From the NCBI GenBank assembly GCA_964576115.1, contig CAZNUA010000010.1:1-64000 (forward strand): a stretch of 64,000 nt of DNA, in the 5' to 3' direction. The notes under the pieces are model-generated. The model ran no database searches. It had not been told where the DNA came from and worked only from the letters and a program-made list of their open reading frames with translations. Shown piece after piece: positions 1-9,652 of this stretch; position 1 is the first letter of the stretch, and every line of letters starts with the position of its first letter. The stretch comes from an uncultured Gemmatimonadota bacterium. Its GTDB lineage: Bacteria; Blakebacterota; Blakebacteria; Blakebacterales; Blakebacteraceae. The translations under genes and the position numbers were made by a program.

Positions 1-74
1 AGTATCAGGACAAGCGGGATGAAACCGTACCGGTTGTGCGCTCTGATTCGCCGGGCGAGCCGGTTCACGCCTGC

Positions 75-1481
75 CTATCCCTGTCTGTTCCAGCAGTAGG
101 TGCAGACTTTCTCGCGTGGCAGCCCGATCGCTTCGATGAGATCGTCCAGACGCTGGTAGCGCAGGCTGGTCAGGCCGAGGCGCTCGCGGATCCGCTCGAC
201 CATGGCGGCGTATTCGGGTGAGTCGGGTTCGCAGAAAGCGGCAGGGACCTCGTCGGCGTTGTCGGTGAGTTCGGCGATCGCCCGGCGCCCGGCCAGATCG
301 AGCTCGGAGCGCGAGCGGGAGAAGTTGAGATAGGGGCAGGCATAGACGAGAGGGGGGCAGGCCGGGCGCATGTGGACCTCTTCGGCCCCGGCCTCGAACA
401 ACCGCGAGATGGTCTCGGAAAGCTGGGTTCCCCGCACGATCGAATCCTCGCAGAAGAGCAGCTTCTTGCCCCGGATCAGTTCGGGGATGGGGATCAGTTT
501 CATGATCGCCACCAGATCGCGTACGGTCTGATCCTGGGGCATGAAACTGCGCGGCCAGGTGGGGGTGTATTTCACAAACGGTCGGCCGTAGGGGATGCCC
601 CGGGCGTTGGCGTACCCGATGGCGTGAGCGCTTCCTGAGTCGGGGATGCCGGCTACCGTGTCGGGCTTCACGTCCGGATCTTCACGATCGGCCAGCTTCG
701 CTCCGCAGCGGTAGCGCACGTTTTCGACGTTGATCCCTTCGTAGTGAGAGGCGGGAAAACCGTAGTAGACCCAGAGGAAAGCGCAGATTTTCATCTCCTC
801 GCCCGGCGGGCGCATCTGCTCGATCTCTCCGGAGTTCAGGCGGACGATTTCGCCCGGACCGAGATAGGCCTCGATATCGAACCCGAGATTGGGCAGGGCG
901 CAGCTCTCCATGGTCGCCGCCCGGGCGCCGTCGCGCCGCCCCACGATAACCGGGGTGCGGCCCTGGCGATCGCGGGCCACATAGATCCCCTCGTCGGTCA
1001 GAAGCAGGATCGAACAGGAGCCCTCGATCGCCTCCTGAGCCAGGGTGAGTCCCTCGGTGAAGGTCGCCCCCTGATCGATGAGCAGGGCGGTGACCTCGGT
1101 CGGATTGGTGGTTTCCCCGCTCATCTCGATCAGATGAGCCTTGCGTTCGGCGAAGGCGGTGGCCACCAGCTCACCGAGATTCTGGATGACGCCGACGGTG
1201 ACGATGGCATAGGTGCCGAGGTGGGAGCGGACGATCAGGGGCTGGTCGTCGTAATCGCTGATGACACCGATCCCCCGGTTGCCTTGCAGATGGGGGAGAT
1301 CGTCTTCGAATTTCGATCGGAACTGGGCGTTGGTGATGTCGTGGATGTAGCGGACGATCCCGCCGGAATTCTTGGTGGCCAGCCCTCCCCGCATCGTTCC
1401 GAGATGGCTGTGGTAGTCGGTGCCGAAAAAGAGATCGCGGACGCAATCGCCCTTCGATGTCACCGCGAAGAAACCACCCAT
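75..1481 (-). CDS. purF: Amidophosphoribosyltransferase (variant without N-terminal Cys)
   Basis: GIPDSG, PRPP loop CEDSIVRGT, EEVHMRPACPP, C-terminal CTYCW. Start placed at ATG 1481 (MGGFFAV), which has GGAGG 9 nt upstream. Confidence 0.93.
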   Translation of the reverse strand: MGGFFAVTSKGDCVRDLFFGTDYHSHLGTMRGGLATKNSGGIVRYIHDITNAQFRSKFEDDLPHLQGNRGIGVISDYDDQPLIVRSHLGTYAIVTVGVIQNLGELVATAFAERKAHLIEMSGETTNPTEVTALLIDQGATFTEGLTLAQEAIEGSCSILLLTDEGIYVARDRQGRTPVIVGRRDGARAATMESCALPNLGFDIEAYLGPGEIVRLNSGEIEQMRPPGEEMKICAFLWVYYGFPASHYEGINVENVRYRCGAKLADREDPDVKPDTVAGIPDSGSAHAIGYANARGIPYGRPFVKYTPTWPRSFMPQDQTVRDLVAIMKLIPIPELIRGKKLLFCEDSIVRGTQLSETISRLFEAGAEEVHMRPACPPLVYACPYLNFSRSRSELDLAGRRAIAELTDNADEVPAAFCEPDSPEYAAMVERIRERLGLTSLRYQRLDDLIEAIGLPREKVCTYCWNRQG

Positions 1482-1581
1482 GACCGGTGCCTCCAGGTTG
1501 AAGCTTCTGCAACATAGTGAGAATGGTACTGCGTTCCGACAACCTTCTGGCATGTTGCCGGTCGAACCTGTTGCTCATGCG

Positions 1582-1610
1582 TTGACACCCGCAGTCCGGC
1601 GGCGTAGCGT
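1582..1610 (+). promoter_or_regulatory. Putative sigma70 promoter for nagZ
   Basis: TTGACA-17 nt-TAGCGT, ending about 33 nt before ATG 1644. Confidence 0.5.
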
Positions 1611-1643
1611 GCGGGCAGGACCTGACCGCTGAGGGGGCTCACC

Positions 1644-3527
1644 ATGCTGAAAGATGTCGATCGGAACGGGGCCGGGCCCCGGGGTCTTCTTCTGCTGCTG
1701 CTCGTTCTCCTGCTCGGCACACTGGACAGCGGTTGTACTCTTTTCCGGCTGGGACGCGATCCGCTCTCGCCGGCGGCTCAGGAGCGCTGGATCGAGGACA
1801 CTCTGGCTGGAATGAACCTGCGCGAGCAGGTCGCCAGCCTGGTGGTCATCGAGGTCGTGGCCGGGTTCGCCAACGAAAACGATCCCGAACGGCGCCGGAT
1901 CGAGGCCCTGGTATCCGAGACGGGGGTAGGGGGTATCGCCATGTGGCATGGCGATCCCTGGGACGAAGCTCTCACCATCGCCCGTCTGCAGGACCTGGCT
2001 CCCCGGCCGCTGCTGGTCGCGGCCGACAACGAGTGGGGACTCTCGCAACGGGTGCGGGAGTCCAGTACCTTCCCGAAGGCGATGGCCCTGGGAGCGACCC
2101 GCGACACCGCCCTGGCTCGAGCCGCCGGATTCGTGACCGGGCGGGAAACGCGCGCCGTGGGCATTCACATGGGCTATGCCCCGGTCGCCGACGTCAACTC
2201 CAACCCCCTCAATCCGATCATCAGTGTACGTTCCTTCGGCGAGGATCCCGGGCTGGTGTCCCGCCTGGCCGTGGCCTGGGCCCGGGGAGCCCGCTCGGCG
2301 GGGATCCTGACTACCGCCAAGCACTTCCCCGGTCATGGCAACGTGAGCGTGGACAGTCATGTCGAACTGCCCGTGGTCGAGGCCGATCGCGAGCGGCTCG
2401 ACCGGGTCGAACTGGCCCCCTTCCGGGCCCTGATCGCCGACGGAGTGGAGGCGGTCATGACCGCTCACCTCTGGGTCACCGCGCTCGATCCCTCAGAAAC
2501 CGTCCCGGCCTCGATCTCGGAAAACGTGACTGCCCGGCTGCTCCGGGAAGAGCTCGGGTTCGATGGCCTCATCGTGACCGATGCCCTGCGCATGGGCGCC
2601 ATCGTACGCCACTACGGGGTCGAGGAAGCGGCCGTGCGCACCATCGCCGCGGGAGCCGATCTGATCCTCCTGCCCGCCGATACCCACCGGAGCATTGAGG
2701 GAATCATGGTCGCGGTCCAGGAGGGGCGCCTGGAACCCGACCTCATCACCCGCGCCGCCCGTCGTTTGCTCACGGTCAAGGCCCGGCTCGGTCTGCACGT
2801 TGAGCGGCACCCGCCGCTGAATGCCGTCGATCGGGCGGTAGCCGATCCCGCCGCCCTCCATCTGGCCCGCACCATCGCCGAGCGGGCGGTAACGGTCATC
2901 CGCAACGAGGGCGATCTGCTGCCTCTCGGCACGGGTTCCGCTCCTGCTGCGGTCGAGCGGGGCGAGTGGACGTCCCTGGCCCCGCCCCGGCGAGCCGGTC
3001 CCTTCACTCCCCGGCACCTTGCTCTGGATCCCGACCGGGTTCTCTTTCTCGGACTTTCGAGCGATCCCGGCAGCGGTCCCGTCGGCCGGGAGTTTTTCGA
3101 ACCCCTGCGCTCTCTCTACCCCGGAGCACGGCACCTCTGGCTCTATCCCGGATCCACCCGGGCACAGACCGAGGCTGTCCTGAGTGCGGTCGAGAACGCT
3201 TCTCTGACCCTGACGGCGGTCGTGAGCCGGGTGAGGGATCAAAAGGGGCATGCAGCGGTTCTCGACGAACACGCCCGCCTGCTCACCTACATTGCGGCCC
3301 GGCGTATCCCGACTGTCGTGGCAGCCTTCGGGCCGCCCTATTTCCTGATGCAGTTTCCGACCGTGACAGCTTACCTGGCGGCTTACGATTACGGCCCGGT
3401 GGCCCAGCGCGCGGCGGGGGAGGTGGTCCTCGGGGCCGTGGGAGCCCGGGGGAGGCTCCCCGTTTCACTGCCCGGATTGTACGAGATCGGGTGGGGAATT
3501 ACTGTCGGCCCCGAGCCGGAGCGATAA
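1644..3527 (+). CDS. nagZ: GH3 beta-N-acetylglucosaminidase, probable lipoprotein
   Basis: APVADVN..NPII.VRSFGE, KHFPGHG..VDSH, TDAL.M; hydrophobic N-terminus ending DSGC. Confidence 0.92.
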   Translation: MLKDVDRNGAGPRGLLLLLLVLLLGTLDSGCTLFRLGRDPLSPAAQERWIEDTLAGMNLREQVASLVVIEVVAGFANENDPERRRIEALVSETGVGGIAMWHGDPWDEALTIARLQDLAPRPLLVAADNEWGLSQRVRESSTFPKAMALGATRDTALARAAGFVTGRETRAVGIHMGYAPVADVNSNPLNPIISVRSFGEDPGLVSRLAVAWARGARSAGILTTAKHFPGHGNVSVDSHVELPVVEADRERLDRVELAPFRALIADGVEAVMTAHLWVTALDPSETVPASISENVTARLLREELGFDGLIVTDALRMGAIVRHYGVEEAAVRTIAAGADLILLPADTHRSIEGIMVAVQEGRLEPDLITRAARRLLTVKARLGLHVERHPPLNAVDRAVADPAALHLARTIAERAVTVIRNEGDLLPLGTGSAPAAVERGEWTSLAPPRRAGPFTPRHLALDPDRVLFLGLSSDPGSGPVGREFFEPLRSLYPGARHLWLYPGSTRAQTEAVLSAVENASLTLTAVVSRVRDQKGHAAVLDEHARLLTYIAARRIPTVVAAFGPPYFLMQFPTVTAYLAAYDYGPVAQRAAGEVVLGAVGARGRLPVSLPGLYEIGWGITVGPEPER

Positions 3528-4722
3528 TCGCCGCGGCCACAACGTTGCTGACCTTCGAGCGCAAGGGTACGACACTGCCTCTGTCATCGGGATGGACGCG
3601 ATTGGTGAGCAGGATCACGAAGAGATCCTGCTCGGGATCGATCCAGACGCTGGTGCCGGTATACCCCGAATGACCGAAGGAAAAGGGACCGAGCAGATCA
3701 CCCCGGATATTGGCGTAGGGACTGGAAATGTCGAATCCGAAGCCCCGTCCCACGATCCGGTCTTCCGACATGGCTCGCACGGTCAGGGGAGAGAAGATTC
3801 TCGTCCCGCCGTAGGTGCCGCCGTTGAGCAGCATCTGACAGTAACGGGCGATATCGGCGGCGGTCGAGAACAGCCCGGCACTGCCGCCCTCGCCCCCGAC
3901 CAGGCGGCTCATCGGATCGTGAACCACCCCGCGTAACACCCCCCCGGCAACCCGCTCGGTCGGAGCCACGCGGGCGATCCGTCCTGCTTCGGGATAAAAA
4001 CCGGTATCGGTCATTCCGAGCGGGGCATAGATCTCGGTTCGGGTGAATTCATCCAGGCTCATCCCCGACACGCGTCGGATGAGGCGGGCCAGGGTGTGAT
4101 AGTTGATGTCGCTGTAGATAAAACGCTCACCCGGTCCGGTCTCGGGATCGTGATCGCAGATCCACCACCAGACAGCTTCGGGGCAGTAAGCTCCGTAGCG
4201 GGACTGCAGGGTGCCGACCGGCACCCCCGGCGGCAGGCCTGAGGTGTGGGTCAGCAGGTGGGAAACGCGGATGCCCCCCTTGCCCCCGGCAGCGAACTCG
4301 GGCAGGTAGACGCTCACCCGGTCCTCCAGCCGCACCCGGCCCCTCTCGACCAGGCGCATAACCGCCGCGGCGGTGGCCAGCGGCTTGGTCATCGAGGCCA
4401 GGTCGAAGATGGTGTCGAGAGTCATCTCTTCGGGCCCCGGTTCGAGCGCGCGCGCCCCCCAGGCTCCTTCGTAGACGATCCGTCCGCTGCGGGCGACGAG
4501 AAGAACCGCACCCGGGATGGTGCCGCGCTCGATCTCCTCACCGATCACCTCCTCGAGGGCCGCCAGACGGTCGCTGTCCATCCCGACCGCTTCAGCCCGT
4601 CCGGGATGCAGACTCGGGGCGGCGAGCGAGCCCGCACATCCGGCGACAGCCGCCAGGAGCAGTGCCGCCGCAGCCGTCGGCCACAGCCGTGCGGGGACCT
4701 GACGCCGATCGGTACGAATGAT
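3499..4722 (-). CDS. Serine hydrolase, beta-lactamase family (AmiE-like), probable lipoprotein
   Basis: DLASMTK (SxxK), LLTHTSGL, YSD, GHSGYTG, LTNRVHP. The ORF track starts at 4581, but the frame stays open upstream through a lipobox (LLLAAVAGC), so the start is uncertain (see findings). Confidence 0.85.
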   Translation of the reverse strand: MIRTDRRQVPARLWPTAAAALLLAAVAGCAGSLAAPSLHPGRAEAVGMDSDRLAALEEVIGEEIERGTIPGAVLLVARSGRIVYEGAWGARALEPGPEEMTLDTIFDLASMTKPLATAAAVMRLVERGRVRLEDRVSVYLPEFAAGGKGGIRVSHLLTHTSGLPPGVPVGTLQSRYGAYCPEAVWWWICDHDPETGPGERFIYSDINYHTLARLIRRVSGMSLDEFTRTEIYAPLGMTDTGFYPEAGRIARVAPTERVAGGVLRGVVHDPMSRLVGGEGGSAGLFSTAADIARYCQMLLNGGTYGGTRIFSPLTVRAMSEDRIVGRGFGFDISSPYANIRGDLLGPFSFGHSGYTGTSVWIDPEQDLFVILLTNRVHPDDRGSVVPLRSKVSNVVAAAIIAPARGRQ

Positions 4723-4900
4723 GATTCGGTCTCCTGACCGGGTGGTGATTTTTCGGGCCCGGGCAAATCCCGGTAACCCGTCTCAGATATACACCCCCGG
4801 CCGACGGGAGGAAAGGCCCGGCCGGGAGGGCTTTCCCCGACCCCGGCCTTTGGGCTATATCTGAGGGGTATGGATCACGCCAGCCGCCGGGAGGAGCCGT

Positions 4901-6166
4901 GTGGCGGAAAGAAGAAAGATCCGGGATCAGATCGGCCGGGCCGGGATGTTCCTGCTCCTGCTCGCCACGGTCGCCTGCAGTACGGACCGCCCCGTGCTGA
5001 CCGGAGCCGACGTACTCATGGCCAAGGGGTGGGAGGCCGCCACCGGGCTCGACCCGGTACCGCTCGGAGTGGTGACCAACCACACCGGCCGGCTCAGCGA
5101 CGGCACCCACCTCGTCGATGCCCTGCTCGACGCGGGACTCGAGGTACGGGCCATCTTCAGCCCCGAACACGGCTTCGAGGGTTCTGCCGCCGAAGGAGCC
5201 CGGATCTACTCGGCCGGTGAGGAGTACCGAGGGGTACCGATTCACTCTCTCTACGGCGTTTCGACCCGGCCCGACTCCAGCCATCTGGTCGGCCTCAGAG
5301 TCCTGCTCTTCGACATCCAGGACGTGGGAGCGCGATTTTATACATATACCAGTACCATGGCCCGCACCATGGAGGCGGCCGCGGCACGCTCGCTGACCTA
5401 CGTCGTGCTCGACCGGCCCAATCCGATCGGAGGGCTTGCGGTCGAGGGGCCGGTGCTTTCGTCCGAACTGGCTTCTTTCGTCGGCCTGTTCCCGGTCCCG
5501 ATCCGCCATGGCTTCACGATCGCCGAGTACGCCTCCTGGATAATCGGTGAGGGACACCTGACCGGCGGCGAAGGACTCGATCTGCGGGTAGTCACGATGC
5601 AGGGCTGGGAACGGCGGATGCGGTATGAGGACACCGGCGTGCCCTGGGTTCGTCCCTCCCCCAACATGGCCACTCCGCTCACGGCTCTGGTCTACCCCGG
5701 ACTCTGCCTGATAGAGGGCACCAATCTCTCCGAAGGGCGGGGGACCGAGCGTCCCTTCGAACTCGTCGGTGCCCCCTGGGCGGACGGGGAGCAGGTGGCC
5801 GACACCCTCAACGATCTGAATCTGCCGGGAGTGCGCTTTGCCCCCGTGCGGTTTACGCCCGGTCAACCGGGGAGTGCGGTGGAAGTGAAGTGGAAGGGGG
5901 AGGTGTGCGGGGGGATCGAGGTCGACGTAACCGATCCCGACGCCTTTCGTCCTGTGGTGACGGGGGTGACCGTGGTCCGCACCTTCCGTCATCTTTATCC
6001 CGATCTCTTCCGCTGGCGCCAGGCCCACTTCGACCGGCTGACCGGTGTCGTGTGGCTGCGTGAAGGGATCGAAGCCGGGCACGATCCCCTGACCCTTGCC
6101 GGACGCTGGTCAGACCAGACCCGGCAGTGGCGACAGGAGGCCATACCGTACCGGCTCTATCCATGA
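4901..6166 (+). CDS. namZ: DUF1343 exo-beta-N-acetylmuramidase NamZ family lipoprotein
   Basis: TNHTG, FSPEHG, FDIQDVGARFYTY, LDRPNP, PSPN, EGTNLSEGRGT; lipobox ATVAC. Confidence 0.92.
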   Translation: MAERRKIRDQIGRAGMFLLLLATVACSTDRPVLTGADVLMAKGWEAATGLDPVPLGVVTNHTGRLSDGTHLVDALLDAGLEVRAIFSPEHGFEGSAAEGARIYSAGEEYRGVPIHSLYGVSTRPDSSHLVGLRVLLFDIQDVGARFYTYTSTMARTMEAAAARSLTYVVLDRPNPIGGLAVEGPVLSSELASFVGLFPVPIRHGFTIAEYASWIIGEGHLTGGEGLDLRVVTMQGWERRMRYEDTGVPWVRPSPNMATPLTALVYPGLCLIEGTNLSEGRGTERPFELVGAPWADGEQVADTLNDLNLPGVRFAPVRFTPGQPGSAVEVKWKGEVCGGIEVDVTDPDAFRPVVTGVTVVRTFRHLYPDLFRWRQAHFDRLTGVVWLREGIEAGHDPLTLAGRWSDQTRQWRQEAIPYRLYP

Positions 6167-6202
6167 ACACGGTCTGTCAGAACCTTCAACCCGGAGTCGA
6201 TA

Positions 6203-8422
6203 ATGCCCCGATCACGCCCCCCCCTGATGGTCTTTCTGCTGGTCCTCGCTGTTCTGTCCCCAAGTGCGGTCGCGGCTCAGGAACAGCAGCCCTTTACCGT
6301 CGATGATCTGCTCAACCTGGCCTCGCTCCGGGTTAACCACATGACCGACGACGGCTCCCTGCTCGTCGGCAGTGTGAGCCGTCGCAGGGCCCGGTTAGGT
6401 AACGACTATACCCGCTACGGCGATCCGACCTACCTGAGTCCGGGAACATCCGAGATCGTTTTGATCGACGGGAACACGGGCGAGCGGACAGCTCTCTTCG
6501 ACGAGCCCGTTCAGATCGCCGCCTCGGCCCTGAGCCCCGATCAGGCACACCTGGCCTTCTTCCTGCGCGAGGGGGATGACTGGACCCTGCAGGTCTGCGA
6601 GCTCGCCCGCCGGCGCACTCGCCCGATCCGCCTGCGGACCGAGAAGGAGATCGCCTCCGGTTCGACTCTGCGCTGGCTTCCCGACGGGAGCGGGCTGCTG
6701 ATTCAGCTCAGAGCCGACGGCTGGCGCGAGCGGGCCCGGCAGGCTTTCCTCGATCTGACCGAGGGCCCGATTATCGTCCACGATTCCCGCCAGCCCTTCC
6801 TGCGGTGGGATGAGCTGCGCAACCTGAACTCCTTGACGATCCCGGCGATCGTATCGCTTGACCGGGGGGAAGTGACCGAGCTGCTCCCCGAAGGCAACTA
6901 CGGTTCCCTGCGGTTGGCCGAGGACGGTACGTTGCTCTCCTTCACCGAGAACTTCCCCCTCGAGACCGTCTATGCCCGCTCCGGCGGGACCGAGTACGAG
7001 CTCTCCTGGCTCGATCTGGAGAACAATGAACGGACCGTTCTGCGCCCGCGCGGTACCGAGCGGATCAGAGTTACCTGGAACGAGGCCGGCGACACCTATG
7101 CCTGGACCGACGAGGGAGACGTGCTGGTGCGGGCCGTGCGCGACACCACCGTCCGGAACCTGACTGCAGACGGACGTCCGTATGCGACCGGCGATGACAC
7201 CACCCGGGTGCGTTTCTCGGTCATGCGCTTCCACTCCGGGGGCAACCGGCTTCTGCTCAGCGGTGGCGAGGCCTGGTGGCTGGCCGACCTGGAACAGGGT
7301 TCGGTGGAGAAGATCTGGGCCTTTGAAGGTGAGGAAGAGGACCGGCCGCGCCTGAGTGTGGTCGACTGGAGTCCCTGCGGCCGGTGGCTCTATCTCTCCA
7401 CCTCCGCCCGCGACCGCTGGGAGCGGGGGTTGGTACGGTTCGATGTGCAGGCAGGGGAGATGACCGATCTGCTCAGAAACAGCGATCGCTTCGGCTCGTG
7501 GCGGATGACCGAAGACGGCCGGACTTTTTTCTTCACCCGTTCGGACGGAGACCACCCCGATGACCTCTGGCGGGCCGACAAGGACTTTTCCGAACCCCGC
7601 CGGCTGACTGATCTCAACCCCTGGATCAGAAACCGCACCCTGACTCGCAGCGAGCTGGTGACATACCGCGATACCGACGGGGAGGAACTCTACGGTATTC
7701 TCTACTATCCCGTGAATTATGAGCCGGGCCGCCGCTACCCGCTGGTCTGTGAGATCTACGAGACCTTCTTCGAAAACGGCTTCAACTCCAACATGAACCT
7801 GATCGCCAACGCCGGGTACTTCGGCTTCCGTCCCAGCGTCCATCTGGTGGAAGGCTATCCCGGCGAAGCCTGGGTCAAGGGGGTCACGGCGGGGATCAAC
7901 ATGCTCATCGAACGGGGCCTGGTGGACGAAGAAAAACTCGGCGTGCACGGCACCAGCTACGGCGGCTACGCCACCGCTCTGCTCGTTACCCAGACTCCGC
8001 GTTTCGCCGCCGCGATCAATATCTCGGGCAAGGTCAACATGGTCAGCTTCTACGGCGACAGCCCGCGGCTGGGCATCCGCAACATCCAGGCTCCCGAGTG
8101 GGGCCAGGACCGCATCGGGGGCTCGCTCTGGGAGTATCCCGAACGTTATCAGATGCATTCGGCCGTCGTCTTCGCCGACCGGATCCAGACCCCCCTGATG
8201 TGCATCACCGGCGATCTGGATTACAACGTTCCGGCCCGGCAGTCGATGGAGATGTATTACGCCATGCGCCGGCTCGGCAAGGAAGTGGTCTGGGTTCGTT
8301 ACGCCGACGGCGGTCACAGCCCACCCAACTCGGTCGAGGAGTACCATGATTTCTGGAACCGTATCCTCGGCTGGTACGCCGAACATTTTGAAAAACCGGA
8401 AGAGGAGAAAGACGAACGATGA
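6203..8422 (+). CDS. S9 family (prolyl oligopeptidase/acylaminoacyl peptidase) secreted peptidase
   Basis: Signal peptide, propeller-like N-terminal region, GTSYGG nucleophile, D.NVP and GGH triad positions. Confidence 0.9.
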   Translation: MPRSRPPLMVFLLVLAVLSPSAVAAQEQQPFTVDDLLNLASLRVNHMTDDGSLLVGSVSRRRARLGNDYTRYGDPTYLSPGTSEIVLIDGNTGERTALFDEPVQIAASALSPDQAHLAFFLREGDDWTLQVCELARRRTRPIRLRTEKEIASGSTLRWLPDGSGLLIQLRADGWRERARQAFLDLTEGPIIVHDSRQPFLRWDELRNLNSLTIPAIVSLDRGEVTELLPEGNYGSLRLAEDGTLLSFTENFPLETVYARSGGTEYELSWLDLENNERTVLRPRGTERIRVTWNEAGDTYAWTDEGDVLVRAVRDTTVRNLTADGRPYATGDDTTRVRFSVMRFHSGGNRLLLSGGEAWWLADLEQGSVEKIWAFEGEEEDRPRLSVVDWSPCGRWLYLSTSARDRWERGLVRFDVQAGEMTDLLRNSDRFGSWRMTEDGRTFFFTRSDGDHPDDLWRADKDFSEPRRLTDLNPWIRNRTLTRSELVTYRDTDGEELYGILYYPVNYEPGRRYPLVCEIYETFFENGFNSNMNLIANAGYFGFRPSVHLVEGYPGEAWVKGVTAGINMLIERGLVDEEKLGVHGTSYGGYATALLVTQTPRFAAAINISGKVNMVSFYGDSPRLGIRNIQAPEWGQDRIGGSLWEYPERYQMHSAVVFADRIQTPLMCITGDLDYNVPARQSMEMYYAMRRLGKEVVWVRYADGGHSPPNSVEEYHDFWNRILGWYAEHFEKPEEEKDER

Positions 8423-9636
8423 CTCGACGGAGAGTTGCCCGACTGACCGCTGTTCTCCTGTTGCTGGCTCTGGCCGGTTATGCGACCGGCCGTTCCGCTC
8501 CCCCGGCCCCGGAAGAATGCACCATCGGGGCCGCGGCGGGATCGGCCACCACCGACGGCCGGCCGATGATATGGAAAACCCGCGACTGGCGCGACGAGAA
8601 CAACGAGATCCACTGGATCCGGGGCGAGGAGTATGCCTTTCTCTCGATCGCCGGTACCAGTCCCCTGAGCACCCTGCTGGGTGTCAACGAGGTCGGCTTT
8701 GCCATTCTCAACGCCGTCGCCAGCGACCTGCCCGGCGGACGGAGGGGCCTCAACAACTCCTCGGTCCAGCACCTGGCTCTGGGCACCTGCGCCACCGTGG
8801 ACGAGTTTATCGCCCTGCTCGAGGAGACCAACCGGACCGGACGTTCGACCCAGGCCAATCTGGCCGTGATGGACACCACCGGCCGGTCGGTGATGATCGA
8901 GGCGGGGGGGAGTGACTACTGGGTCTACGACACCGCCGATCCCCGGGTAGCCCCCGACGGCTATGTTCTACGTACCAATTTCGCCGAACACGGGGGCGGC
9001 AGCGGCGGTATCGAGCGTTTCCGGCGCACCACCGAACTCATGCGCGGCTTCCATGACGCGGGTGAGCTGAATCCCCGTTCGATCCTGAGAATCCAGATGC
9101 GCGATCTGACCGGTCCCGACGGCGAGCCGGTCGCCATCCCCTGGTCGGGTCGCTGGAATGAAGACACCCCACCGGGCTGGATCGAGGCCAACCTCTCCAT
9201 CTGCCGTCCCTACACGGTCTCGGCCACCGTCTTCCAGGGGATCGGCGAGGGCGAGAGGGCCTGCCTGACCACCATGTGGACGATGCTGGGCCAGACGGCG
9301 GCGGCGATCACCGTTCCCTACTGGGCGGTCGGACCGGTGCCCCCCGAAGCCGACGGCAATCCCACCGCTCCGCTCTGTGACGCCTCGCTGCGGATCAAGC
9401 GGATCATCTTCGGCCAGGATCGGATGGCCAGCTTCATCAACACCCGCCTGCTGCGCGACGGCACCGGCGGCGGACTCTGGCCGGTCATCTTCGCCGCCGA
9501 GGATTCGATCCTGGCTGCCGCCGAAGAACTGCAGGCACAGTGGAGACGCGACCTTCCCGAAAGCGACGTGATGCTCGCGGCCGAATACGCCTTCGCCCGC
9601 TACGCCCGCAGTATCCTCGCCGCCTGGCAGCCGTAG
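8419..9636 (+). CDS. Ntn-hydrolase (C45/C69-like) secreted protein
   Basis: Signal peptide then ECTIG..DGRPMIWKTRD, GVNEVGFAILN, LRTNF; ATGA overlap with the S9 gene. Confidence 0.75.
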   Translation: MTRRRVARLTAVLLLLALAGYATGRSAPPAPEECTIGAAAGSATTDGRPMIWKTRDWRDENNEIHWIRGEEYAFLSIAGTSPLSTLLGVNEVGFAILNAVASDLPGGRRGLNNSSVQHLALGTCATVDEFIALLEETNRTGRSTQANLAVMDTTGRSVMIEAGGSDYWVYDTADPRVAPDGYVLRTNFAEHGGGSGGIERFRRTTELMRGFHDAGELNPRSILRIQMRDLTGPDGEPVAIPWSGRWNEDTPPGWIEANLSICRPYTVSATVFQGIGEGERACLTTMWTMLGQTAAAITVPYWAVGPVPPEADGNPTAPLCDASLRIKRIIFGQDRMASFINTRLLRDGTGGGLWPVIFAAEDSILAAAEELQAQWRRDLPESDVMLAAEYAFARYARSILAAWQP

Positions 9637-9652
9637 GGTTTCCCGCTTCCGC

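Noticed and set aside
1482-1580. Purine or ZMP riboswitch upstream of purF
   Set aside because: Only a 7-bp inverted repeat (GCAACAT/ATGTTGC); no recognisable aptamer consensus.
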